Assembly (NCBI GenBank): GCA_021801255.1 | Contig: JAJYYH010000039.1 | Coordinates: forward strand, 2,914-66,913 | Length of the DNA: 64,000 nucleotides | From: Pseudomonadota bacterium | Lineage (GTDB): Bacteria > Pseudomonadota > Alphaproteobacteria > Acetobacterales > Acetobacteraceae | Direction: 5' to 3' | Shown: one piece after another, positions 18,337-27,204 of the stretch | Layout: each line of letters begins with the position of its first letter | Position numbering within the stretch: position 1 is the first letter of the stretch | Position numbers and translations under genes: made by a program | Notes under the pieces: model-generated | Told to the model about the DNA's origin: nothing | The model's database searches: none | Seen by the model: only the letters and a program-made list of their open reading frames with translations

Positions 18337-18358
18337 ACGAGGGCGCCATACGCTGCCG

Positions 18359-19504
18359 GTGGTTCTGGCGCTCGGCACCACCCAGACGCTCGCTTGGGCG
18401 TCGAGCTATTATATTCCGGCGATCCTCGCCGAGCCGATCGGGCGGGGCACCGGCACCAGCGCGACGATGGTATTCGCCGCCGTGTCGGCGGCCTTGCTGT
18501 TCGCCGCCGGGTTCGGACCACTGGTTGGTCGGATTATCGACATGCGTGGTGGGCGGATCGTGCTGATCGCCTCCAATCTGACATTGGCCGCGGGATTGGT
18601 GGCGCTGGCGCTCGCCCAGGGGCCGGTGTCGCTGTTCGCCGCCTGGGCGGTGCTCGGGCTGGGCATGGCGCTGGGGCTTTATGATACGGCTTTTGCGACC
18701 CTCGCCGGGCTCTATGGCAATGCGGCACGCGGGCCGATCACCGGCATTACCCTGCTCGCTGGCTTCGCCTCGACGATCGGCTGGCCACTGAGCGCGCTGT
18801 TCGCCGAGGCGCTCGGCTGGCGCGGCGCCTGCCTGGTCTGGGCCGGGCTGCATCTGGTGATCGGGCTGCCGCTCAACGCCCTGCTGGTGCCGCAAGCCCC
18901 ACCCCCGCCGCCCAAGCCGCCATCCGGCGAGCCGCGCGATCAGCGGCGTGAGATGGTGCTGCTGGCCTATATCTTTGCCTCGGCCTGGTTCGTCACCGGC
19001 GCGATGGCGACGCATCTGCCGCATCTCTTGCAGATGGCCGGGGCGAGCCGGACGGCGGCGATCGCGTCGGCGGCGCTGGTCGGGCCGGCGCAGGTGCTGG
19101 CGCGCGTGGTCGAGTTTCTGTTTCTGCGCCACACCCACCCTTTGGTCTCGACGCGCATCGCAACCTTGCTCCATCCCCTCGGCGTGGCCTTGCTGGCCGT
19201 CCTCGGCGCGCCGGGGGCAGCCGGGTTCGCCCTGCTCTATGGCGCTGGCAATGGCATTCTCACGATTTCGCGCGGCACGCTGCCATTGGCGATTTTCGGC
19301 CCCCTGGGCTATGGCGCGCGCACCGGCTGGCTCGGCGCCCCGGCGCGCGCGACCCAGGCCCTGGCGCCGCTGCTGTTCGGCCTCCTTCTCAATTGGTTCG
19401 GCCTTTACGCCCTCGTGGTCTCGGCGGGGCTCTGCCTCTCGGCGCTTGGGGCGCTCTTCATGCTGCGCAGCAGGAGAGCACCCCAGAGCAGCGCCGCCGC
19501 ATAG
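18359..19504 (+). CDS. MFS transporter
   Basis: LALGTTQTLAWASSYYIPAILAEPI... with about 12 TM segments. The start is uncertain: GTG 18359, or GTG 18278 overlapping the amidase 3' end. Confidence 0.75.
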   Translation: MVLALGTTQTLAWASSYYIPAILAEPIGRGTGTSATMVFAAVSAALLFAAGFGPLVGRIIDMRGGRIVLIASNLTLAAGLVALALAQGPVSLFAAWAVLGLGMALGLYDTAFATLAGLYGNAARGPITGITLLAGFASTIGWPLSALFAEALGWRGACLVWAGLHLVIGLPLNALLVPQAPPPPPKPPSGEPRDQRREMVLLAYIFASAWFVTGAMATHLPHLLQMAGASRTAAIASAALVGPAQVLARVVEFLFLRHTHPLVSTRIATLLHPLGVALLAVLGAPGAAGFALLYGAGNGILTISRGTLPLAIFGPLGYGARTGWLGAPARATQALAPLLFGLLLNWFGLYALVVSAGLCLSALGALFMLRSRRAPQSSAAA

Positions 19505-20043
19505 CTCACCAGAACATCGCTCGGCCAATGCGCGCCAAGTGCGATACGGGCGGCAAACCCCACGACGAGCGCTATTCCCCCCGTGAGCCACCATAGCCTG
19601 CGCCGCGCCATGATCCCGCAAAGCAGCAGAAAACCGACCGTCGCGCCGAACAGCAGAGCGAAGGTCGAGGGGAAGGCCGAGCCGGGCGGGTGGCCAACGA
19701 CGCGGATCAAGCTGGCGTTCGGGCGCGGCTGGAAGAGGATGAGGCGCAGACCCCGGTCGAGCACGACCATACCGGCGAAGCTCGCCACGGCGGCAAGCGC
19801 CCCGCGCCAGCCGAACAACCACGCGCCGCCGCCGAGCGCGAGCAGCAGCAGCAGAAAGGCCGCAGGAAAGCTCGCGAGACCAGAGACGAACTCGGCCCAA
19901 GCCGGCGCGGCGGGCAGTGCGCCCTGCACCATGCGCGCGAAGGGCGGATCGCCGGGCAGAAAAGGGCGGGTCGCCTCGGCCACGATCAGCAGCGCGAGAA
20001 GTGAAAAGCCAAGCGCAAATTGCCAACCCGGGCGAGGCATCAT
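19405..20043 (-). CDS. PAP2-family phosphatase (membrane)
   Basis: PAP2 motifs PSTFA and GAHWPSDV; several TM segments. The start overlaps the P450 stop (ATGA on the minus strand). Confidence 0.8.
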   Translation of the reverse strand: MMPRPGWQFALGFSLLALLIVAEATRPFLPGDPPFARMVQGALPAAPAWAEFVSGLASFPAAFLLLLLALGGGAWLFGWRGALAAVASFAGMVVLDRGLRLILFQPRPNASLIRVVGHPPGSAFPSTFALLFGATVGFLLLCGIMARRRLWWLTGGIALVVGFAARIALGAHWPSDVLVSYAAALLWGALLLRSMKSAPSAERQSPAETTRA

Positions 20044-21389
20044 TTCCCCCGGCGCGGCGAAAGAAGAAAGGACACCGGGCGGTTGGGCTGCGTCGTCACG
20101 ACGCTGACCGGGAACACCGGGGCCGCGTCCGCGCGCTCCAGAACAAAATCGCGCACCAGGGTCGCGAGCACCAGGGTTGCCTCGGCCAACGCGAATTGCG
20201 CGCCGACGCAGACCCGCGGGCCAGCCCCGAACGGCAGGTAGGCGAAGCGCGGTATCAAGGGCGCGCCGGGAAGAAAGCGTTCAGGATCAAAGCGCTCAGG
20301 TGCGTCCCAGAGTTGCCGGTGCCGGTGCAGCACCCAGGGCGCGATCATCACCAGCGCCCCGCGCGGGATGACGAGATCGCCGCAGCGATCCTCGGCGATG
20401 GCTTCCCGCACGATGGTGGCGGCCGGTGGGTAGAGCCGCAGCGCCTCGCTCACCACGGCGCGGGTATATTCCAGCCGGCCGAGCGCCTCGGCGATGCCGC
20501 CGGGGCCGAGATCGAGACCGCGCGCCTCCTCGGCGATGCGGGCCTGCACCGCGGGGGCGGTGGCAAGCAGCAGGCTGGCCCAGAACAGGGTGAGCGCCGT
20601 CGTCTCGTGTCCCGCGATGATCATTGTGGCGACCTCGTCGCGCAATTGCCGCATGCCCACCTTGCCATCGGGGGCCGAGGCCGCGCGCAGGAGATCGAAC
20701 AGGTCCGGCGTCTCTCGCGCCCCCGGGGCGCGCTCGCGCGCGGCGATGACGCGGGTCATCAGCCCCATCCAGCGCCGCTGGAAGCGCCAACGAGCGAAAT
20801 CACGCGGGCTCGGAAGCCAGATCGGCAGCACCAGATCGAGGAAGTCCGGCCGCGACAGTGCCTGGGCGGACTGCGTGAGCAGCGCCCGCATCGCGGTGGC
20901 GAAGGGTGCCATGCCGAGGGAAAACATCGAGCGGCCGGCGATCTCGAGCGCGAGGGTCTGCATCTCGGCGAGCAGGTCGATCTCGGGGGTCAGCCGCTCC
21001 CGCCACGCGACGGTGGCCCCGGCGGCGTGGCGCATTAGGGATGGGAGGGCGCGGGGCGCGAGGGTGGGGGCGATCAGCCGGCGCTGCCGGCGCCACAATT
21101 CACCCTCGCTCAGCAGCAGCCCACGCCCGACGAAGGGACGAAGCAGGCGGATCGAGGGCGCGGTGCGGCGGTAATTCTCGGCATGGCCGATCAGCACGTG
21201 CTGGATCGCCTCCGGTGCGTTGAGCAGCAGGCGCGGGCGGCCGAGAAAATTCTGGCGCTCGATGGCGCTGTCGTAGGCCTCCTCGGTCCAGAGCTGTAGC
21301 GGGTTGTCGCGCACCACCCGCAACACTGCGCGCCAGGAAAGCGCCGCCTTGGGGGGCGCCGGCACCGCCAGCGATAATGGCTCGGCCAT
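20040..21389 (-). CDS. Cytochrome P450
   Basis: Heme-ligand loop FGAGPRVCVGAQFA, I-helix-like IIAGHETT, ExxR (EALRLYPP). The start is taken at MAEPLSLAVP (21389). Confidence 0.9.
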   Translation of the reverse strand: MAEPLSLAVPAPPKAALSWRAVLRVVRDNPLQLWTEEAYDSAIERQNFLGRPRLLLNAPEAIQHVLIGHAENYRRTAPSIRLLRPFVGRGLLLSEGELWRRQRRLIAPTLAPRALPSLMRHAAGATVAWRERLTPEIDLLAEMQTLALEIAGRSMFSLGMAPFATAMRALLTQSAQALSRPDFLDLVLPIWLPSPRDFARWRFQRRWMGLMTRVIAARERAPGARETPDLFDLLRAASAPDGKVGMRQLRDEVATMIIAGHETTALTLFWASLLLATAPAVQARIAEEARGLDLGPGGIAEALGRLEYTRAVVSEALRLYPPAATIVREAIAEDRCGDLVIPRGALVMIAPWVLHRHRQLWDAPERFDPERFLPGAPLIPRFAYLPFGAGPRVCVGAQFALAEATLVLATLVRDFVLERADAAPVFPVSVVTTQPNRPVSFLLSPRRGK

Positions 21390-21457
21390 CCTGTCCTCCG
21401 CGTCTATGGTCTCGCGGCGAGAATAGGCGATCACGACGCTCCCCGCATCCCTCGCCG

Positions 21458-21508
21458 CCCCATGTTTACCCATGCCCCGTGTTTACCCACACCCCGCGTT
21501 TACCCAAT
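21458..21508. promoter_or_regulatory. Three tandem 17-bp direct repeats CCCCnnGTTTACCCAnn in the divergent P450/EAL intergenic region
   Basis: GTTTACCCA occurs at 21464, 21481 and 21498 (exact 17-nt period), each time preceded by CCCC. Confidence 0.6.
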
Positions 21509-21609
21509 CGTCACGCTCTTCGGCGAGAATGACGCCCGTGCCCCTTTTTGTCGCCGGATCGAACGATTTGACATCTCCTCCCCCCCATGCTTCCGCGCGC
21601 GCGGCCCAA

Positions 21610-22428
21610 ATGGCCAGGGTGAATGACCAACCTTCGGGATGGGAATGGGCCTCGGGGTTGGAGCGGGCAGAGTTCAAACGGCTGGAGCAGGATATCCGCC
21701 GCGCCCTCGGCGCCGCGGATTTCACCCTCTTGTACCAGCCGCGCTATCAGCTCCGCACCCATCGGCCGGTCGGTGCCGAGGCCCTGATCCGCTGGCAACA
21801 CCGTAAGCGTGGGCTGGTGCCGCCGGGGCTCTTCCTGCCGGTGGCCGAGCAGAGCGGCCTGATCAACGAGATCGGCGGCTTTGTGCTGCACGCCGCCTGC
21901 ATTGCCGCCGCAGGCTGGCCATCGTCGCTGGGGATCTCGGTCAATATCTCAGCCCGGCAATTGCTGGACGGCGTTCTGCTCGATCAGGTGGCCGCGGCCC
22001 TTGAGGCCGCTGCCCTCGACCCCGAGCGGCTGGAGCTTGAAGTCACCGAGACGATACTGCTCGATCTCAGTCTCGATGTGCAATTCATGCTGGCGGCGCT
22101 GCGCGATTTGGGGGTCGGCCTCGCGCTCGACGATTTCGGCACCGGCCATACCAGCCTCGCGACCCTCAAGCGCCTGCCTTTCACGGTCATGAAAATCGAC
22201 CGCTCGGTGGTGCGTACCCTGCCGCGGGACCGCGAGGACGCAGCGATCGTGCGGGCGATTGTCGGCACGGCCCAGGCGCTCGGCCTGTCGGTGGTGGCCG
22301 AGGGCATCGAGAATGCCGAGCAGGAGGCGTTTCTCGCCGCCATCGGCTGCGACAGCGGCCAGGGTTTTTTGTTCAGCCCGCCGCTCTCTGGCCATGAGAT
22401 CATCAGCCGCCTCGGCGCTGGCGCCTGA
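21610..22428 (+). CDS. EAL-domain protein (putative c-di-GMP phosphodiesterase)
   Basis: EALIRW, NISARQ, ELEVTE, DDFGTG, KIDRS, EGIE and QGFLFS motifs are all present. The start is uncertain (ATG 21610, 21529 or 21472). Confidence 0.85.
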   Translation: MARVNDQPSGWEWASGLERAEFKRLEQDIRRALGAADFTLLYQPRYQLRTHRPVGAEALIRWQHRKRGLVPPGLFLPVAEQSGLINEIGGFVLHAACIAAAGWPSSLGISVNISARQLLDGVLLDQVAAALEAAALDPERLELEVTETILLDLSLDVQFMLAALRDLGVGLALDDFGTGHTSLATLKRLPFTVMKIDRSVVRTLPRDREDAAIVRAIVGTAQALGLSVVAEGIENAEQEAFLAAIGCDSGQGFLFSPPLSGHEIISRLGAGA

Positions 22429-22735
22429 ACACTTATTTGTCAGAAATTCCACAAATGTAGCGAATAAGACGCGGTCTCGCATGATGCCGGCTGCGGCGGC
22501 AGCGTGGAAGTGTTTGGTTTATGGCTGTTTTCTGGTGCGGCTCTCAGGAAGCCGGGGGCGTTCCGGGGTCGACGCTAGGTGTAGCGGTTTTACCACAGTT
22601 GGGCTAGTACATCTCCGCGGCACCTTCCCGTTGCTGGCGAGCGACGTTATCTACCGGTCTCGGCAACGCCTATGCCCTAACGGGGGCCGCCGACCCCTCC
22701 CCTGGGTGTGGGACAGAAATGAGGAGAACCTGAAT

Positions 22736-23863
22736 ATGAAGTTGCGCGTCGCTCTTTTGGCGGCCACCGTGATGGCGGTGCCGCTGATCGCCAAGGCCCA
22801 GCCGATCAATGGCATCTATGTCGGCGGCGGCATCGGTCTCAACCTGTTGCAGGATGAGACGGTCAACCACTCGCCCGCGCTCGGTACCGGGAATTCCATG
22901 GCCGCGTTCAACCCCGGCTATGTCGGCGAGGTGAGTGTCGGCTACGGGCTCGGCGCGCTGAACTCGGCGTTGAGCGGCTTCCGCGTCGAATTGGAGGGCA
23001 ATTACAGCGATAATTCCCTGCAATCCATCGGCACCGGCGCCGCCCCCGCGAGCATCAAGGGCAGCCAGGACAACTACGGCGCCCTGGTCAATATCCTCTA
23101 TGACATCGACCCCAACAAGCTCGGCCTCAACGAGCATTTTGTCTATCCCTATGTTGGTCTTGGCGCTGGCTATGAGGCGATGAATCTTGCCGGCTTCAGT
23201 GAAAACTTTGCCACCTCGCGGACTTCGGGGGGCAGCAACACGGTCGGCGGGTTCGCCTATCAGGGGATCGTCGGCCTGTCCTGGCCGATCTCCTCGGTGC
23301 CGGGCCTCGCCGTTACCACCGAATACCGCATGCTCGGCGTGATGGATCCGCAGGGCGCCTATCATGCCTCGACGACCTCCGGCGGCGCGACGGTGGCCCG
23401 GGGTAATCTGAATTTCGGCAATGAATTCAACCATGAATTCCTCCTCGGCGTGCGCTATGCGTTTGGCGCGGCGCCGCCGCCACCGCCGCCCGCCCCGGCT
23501 CCGGTTGCCGCGCCAGCGCCGGCGCCAGCGCCAGCGCGGACCTATCTCGTGTTCTTTGACTGGGACAAGGCCGATCTGACCGATCGCGCGAAGCAGATCG
23601 TCGCCGAGGCGGCGCAGGCCTCGACGCGGGTGCAGTACACGCGGATCGACGTCAACGGCTACACCGACCGCTCCGGCAGCGCGCAATACAACCAGAAGCT
23701 CTCGGTCAAGCGCGCCGAGAACGTCGCGGCCGAGCTGGTGCGCGATGGCGTGCCGAAGAACGTGATCGACATCCAGGGCTTCGGCGAGACCCACCCCCTG
23801 GTGCCGACCGCCGATGGCGTGCGCGAGCCGCAAAACCGCCGCGTCGAGATCATTATCAAGTAG
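22736..23863 (+). CDS. OmpA-family outer-membrane protein (beta-barrel + Pro/Ala linker + OmpA C-like domain), paralog 1
   Basis: Signal peptide MKLRVALLAATVMAVPLIAKA, linker APPPPPPAPAPVAAPAPAPAPA, OmpA-like NGYTDRSGSAQYNQKLSVKRAENV...NRRVEIIIK. Confidence 0.9.
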   Translation: MKLRVALLAATVMAVPLIAKAQPINGIYVGGGIGLNLLQDETVNHSPALGTGNSMAAFNPGYVGEVSVGYGLGALNSALSGFRVELEGNYSDNSLQSIGTGAAPASIKGSQDNYGALVNILYDIDPNKLGLNEHFVYPYVGLGAGYEAMNLAGFSENFATSRTSGGSNTVGGFAYQGIVGLSWPISSVPGLAVTTEYRMLGVMDPQGAYHASTTSGGATVARGNLNFGNEFNHEFLLGVRYAFGAAPPPPPPAPAPVAAPAPAPAPARTYLVFFDWDKADLTDRAKQIVAEAAQASTRVQYTRIDVNGYTDRSGSAQYNQKLSVKRAENVAAELVRDGVPKNVIDIQGFGETHPLVPTADGVREPQNRRVEIIIK

Positions 23864-23881
23864 TTGATGCCGTGCCTGCCG

Positions 23882-23899
23882 CCGGGGCGCACGCCCCGG
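23882..23899 (+). terminator. Possible intrinsic terminator hairpin after ompA-like paralog 1
   Basis: ccggggcg-ca-cgccccgg stem-loop 19 nt after the stop, followed by a T-containing stretch (tggcctttcccttt). The U-tract is weak. Confidence 0.35.
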
Positions 23900-24090
23900 T
23901 GGCCTTTCCCTTTCCCTTGCCCTGGGAACTGTCCCGGCGGGCAATGTTGTAAATATATCACAACCGATCAGACAAAGCCCGCGATCATATTCTCGTCTTG
24001 ACGGTATTGAATAAATTGCCGCAAAAGTAAGACCGCTCGGCGGCACGCATCACGGGGCCGCGACCAAAACGGGTTGGAACGAGGAAAATC

Positions 24091-25221
24091 ATGAAACTGC
24101 GCGCGGCGCTTATGGCTGCGAGCCTTTTGGCGATACCGCTGATCGCCAAGGCCCAGCCGATCAATGGCCTCTATGTCGGTGGCGGCATCGGCCTCAACGT
24201 GTTGCAGGATGAGACGGTCAACCACTCGGCCGCGCTCGGCACCCCGAATACCATGGCGATGTTCAACGCCGGCTATGTCGGCGAGGTGAGTGTCGGCTAC
24301 GGGCTCGGCGCGCTGAACTCGGCGTTGAGCGGCTTCCGCGTCGAGTTGGAGGGCAATTACATCGACAATTCGATGCAATCCAACAATTCCGGGGCCAACC
24401 CGATGTTGATCAAGGGCAGCCAGGACAGTTACGGCGCCCTAGTCAACATCCTCTATGACATCGACCCCAACAAGCTCGGCCTCAACGAGCATCTCTTCTA
24501 TCCCTATGTCGGCCTTGGCGCTGGCTATGAGGCGATGAATCTTGCCGGTTTCAGTGAGACATTCGTGACCAGTTCGCGGATTACCTCCGGGGGCAGCAAC
24601 ACGGTCGGCGGCTTCGCCTATCAGGGGATCATCGGCCTGTCCTGGCCGATCTCCGCGGTGCCGGGCCTCGCCGTTACCACCGAATACCGCATGCTCGGCG
24701 TGATGGGCCCGCAAGGCGCCTATAATGCGTCAACCGTGAGCGGCGGGCATGAAGTGGCCCGCGGCAATCTCGATTTCGGCAATGAATTCAACCATGAATT
24801 CCTCCTCGGCGTGCGCTATGCGTTTGGCGCGGCGCCGCCACCGCCGCCCGCCCCGGCTCCGGTTGCCGCGCCAGCGCCGGCGCCAGCGCCAGCGCGGACC
24901 TATCTCGTGTTCTTTGACTGGGACAAGGCCGATCTGACCGATCGCGCGAAGCAGATCGTCGCCGAGGCGGCGCAGGCCTCGACGCGGGTGCAGTACACGC
25001 GGATCGACGTCAACGGCTACACCGACCGCTCCGGCAGCGCGCAATACAACCAGAAGCTCTCGGTCAAGCGCGCCGAGAACGTCGCGGCCGAGCTGGTGCG
25101 CGATGGCGTGCCGAAGAACGTGATCGACATCCAGGGCTTCGGCGAGACCCACCCCCTGGTGCCGACCGCCGATGGCGTGCGCGAGCCGCAAAACCGCCGC
25201 GTCGAGATCATTATCAAGTAA
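24091..25221 (+). CDS. OmpA-family outer-membrane protein, paralog 2
   Basis: Same architecture as 22736-23863. The 3' ~450 nt are identical apart from one 3-nt indel and the stop codon. Confidence 0.9.
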   Translation: MKLRAALMAASLLAIPLIAKAQPINGLYVGGGIGLNVLQDETVNHSAALGTPNTMAMFNAGYVGEVSVGYGLGALNSALSGFRVELEGNYIDNSMQSNNSGANPMLIKGSQDSYGALVNILYDIDPNKLGLNEHLFYPYVGLGAGYEAMNLAGFSETFVTSSRITSGGSNTVGGFAYQGIIGLSWPISAVPGLAVTTEYRMLGVMGPQGAYNASTVSGGHEVARGNLDFGNEFNHEFLLGVRYAFGAAPPPPPAPAPVAAPAPAPAPARTYLVFFDWDKADLTDRAKQIVAEAAQASTRVQYTRIDVNGYTDRSGSAQYNQKLSVKRAENVAAELVRDGVPKNVIDIQGFGETHPLVPTADGVREPQNRRVEIIIK

Positions 25222-25223
25222 TC

Positions 25224-26462
25224 TTGCGTTTCCTGCCCGCTGATGCGGCGAGCTACAAAGGCCTCGCCGCTCTGCTGATTTTTGTCGCCACATACGGCGT
25301 CGTGGGCTTCGGCCGGTTACCCTGGTTTCGCCTCGACCGAACCGGAGCGGCCTTTCTCGGCGCGGTGCTGATGGTGGCGAGCGGCGCGCTCAGTCTCGCC
25401 GAGGCCTATCAGGCGATCGATCTCGACACGCTCGCCTTGCTTCTCGGCATGATGGTCGTCGTGGCCTCGTTGCGGCTCGCCGGCGGCTTCCAGTTGATCG
25501 CCGCCTGGGCGGTGCGGCGGGCGCGCCATCCCCTGCTGCTGCTCGCGGCGGTGGTGGGCGTCTCGGGGGTGTTCTCGGCGTTTCTGGTGAACGACACGAT
25601 CTGCCTGGTGCTGACGCCGCTGGTGCTGGATGTGGTGAAACGCCTCGGGCGCCGCCCGGTGCCTTATATGCTGGCGATCGCCATGGCGGCCAATGTCGGC
25701 AGTGTCGCGACCATCACCGGCAATCCGCAGAACATGATCATCGGCAGCCTCTCGCGCATCCCCTACGGCGTGTTCACCGCCCGTCTGGCGCCGGTGGCGG
25801 CGATCGGGCTGCTGGCGACCCTGGTGCTGATCACGATCATCTGGCGCGAGGAATTCCTGGTGCGCGCGCACCTCGCCGCCGAGCCGGCGCGGGCGCGGAT
25901 TTCGCCCCCCCTGGTGCGCAAGACCGTGCTGGTGACACTCGGCCTGATCGCGGCGTTTTTCCTCGGCGTGCCGCCGGCCGAGGCAGCGATGGTGGCCGGC
26001 GGGGTGCTGCTGCTCACTCGGCGGCTCAAAGCCCAGCGCTTCTATGCCGAGGTCAATGGCGCGCTGTTGCTGATGTTCGCCGGTCTCTTCGTGGTGGTGG
26101 CCGGGCTACAGCACGCGGTGCTCGATGAGCGGCTGATCGCGCGCATCGCCGCCTGGCATCTCGATCAGGTCGCGGTGTTGAGCCTGCTGACGGCAGCGCT
26201 CTCCAACATCGTGAGCAACGTGCCGGCAGTGCTCGTGCTCCGCCCCTTCATCGCCCATCTCGCCGATCCCACGCGAGCCTGGCTCGCGGTCGCCATGGCC
26301 TCGACGCTCGCCGGCAATTTCACCATCGTGGGCTCGGTGGCCAATCTGATTGTCGTGCAGCTTGCGGCGGCGGAAGGGGTCCATGTCGGCTTCTGGACCT
26401 ATTTCGCGGTCGGCGCGCCGCTCACCGTGCTGACCCTGGCGGCCGGCATTGTCCTCCTCTAG
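25224..26462 (+). CDS. ArsB/NhaD-superfamily (SLC13-like) permease
   Basis: Polytopic membrane protein with the MAANVGSVATITGNPQNMIIG signature. TTG start 25224 lies 2 nt after the ompA-like stop, so the start is uncertain. Confidence 0.75.
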   Translation: MRFLPADAASYKGLAALLIFVATYGVVGFGRLPWFRLDRTGAAFLGAVLMVASGALSLAEAYQAIDLDTLALLLGMMVVVASLRLAGGFQLIAAWAVRRARHPLLLLAAVVGVSGVFSAFLVNDTICLVLTPLVLDVVKRLGRRPVPYMLAIAMAANVGSVATITGNPQNMIIGSLSRIPYGVFTARLAPVAAIGLLATLVLITIIWREEFLVRAHLAAEPARARISPPLVRKTVLVTLGLIAAFFLGVPPAEAAMVAGGVLLLTRRLKAQRFYAEVNGALLLMFAGLFVVVAGLQHAVLDERLIARIAAWHLDQVAVLSLLTAALSNIVSNVPAVLVLRPFIAHLADPTRAWLAVAMASTLAGNFTIVGSVANLIVVQLAAAEGVHVGFWTYFAVGAPLTVLTLAAGIVLL

Positions 26463-26538
26463 CCAGCGCGTCGCGGGCCATAAAAAAGGCCGGAGGATCA
26501 CCCGATCCCCCGGCCTGTTGCGCATGACGAGCGTGGCG

Positions 26539-27204
26539 TTAATCCGCGGCAAGCGCCATGTGTCGCCCGATCATCTTCTTGCTGACATGGTCCTCGACCG
26601 CCACGGCGATCTGTTCGGCGTGGCTGGCCATGACGTGGTCCGCCCCGGCAAAAATGCGATAATCGACGGTGACGCCTTTTTGGGTGTTGAGCTTGTCCAC
26701 GAGCTTGCGCACCGAGGGTTCGGGGACAAGGTCGTCATTGTCGCCATGGATCATCAGCCCGCCACACGGGCAGGGGGCGAGGAAACCGAAATCGTAGTGG
26801 CTCGCGGGCGGTGCGATGCTGACCCAGCCCGAAACCTCGGGGCGACGCATCAGAAGCTGCATGCTGACAAAGGCGCCAAAGGAATAGCCGGCGATCCACA
26901 ACCCGCCGGCATGCGGATTCACCGCCTGCAGCCAGTCGAGCGCGGCGGCGGCGTCGCTGATTTCGCCGATGCCGCCGTCATAGCGCCCCTGGCTCCGCCC
27001 GACACCGCGGAAATTGAACCGCATCACCGAGAAGCCGAGACGCTGGAACGACTGATACACCGTATAGGTGATGCGATTGTTCATCGTCCCGCCATGCAGC
27101 GGGTGTGGATGCAGCACCAGGGCGACCGGCGCACCGGTCTCCTTGGAGTGGTGGTAGCGACCTTCCAACCGCCCATCAGGGCCGGCGAACATGACTTCGG
27201 GCAT
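26539..27204 (-). CDS. Alpha/beta hydrolase (COG2945-like)
   Basis: Starts MPEVMFAGPDGRLEGRY; HPHPLHGGTMNN; nucleophile-elbow-like AGYSFGA; C-terminal GADH. Confidence 0.8.
   Translation of the reverse strand: MPEVMFAGPDGRLEGRYHHSKETGAPVALVLHPHPLHGGTMNNRITYTVYQSFQRLGFSVMRFNFRGVGRSQGRYDGGIGEISDAAAALDWLQAVNPHAGGLWIAGYSFGAFVSMQLLMRRPEVSGWVSIAPPASHYDFGFLAPCPCGGLMIHGDNDDLVPEPSVRKLVDKLNTQKGVTVDYRIFAGADHVMASHAEQIAVAVEDHVSKKMIGRHMALAAD

Noticed and set aside
15508-18381. 957-aa minus-strand ORF treated as one gene
   Set aside because: Only the C-terminal 455 codons (from MESADG, 16875) form an MFS transporter. The upstream part is antisense to the amidase gene and has junk composition.
18254-20026. 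590-aa minus-strand ORF
   Set aside because: It is antisense to the MFS gene and out of frame with the PAP2 gene, and it has an extreme Arg/Gly/Pro composition.
22670-24046. 458-aa minus-strand ORF
   Set aside because: It is antisense to ompA-like paralog 1 and has shadow-frame composition.
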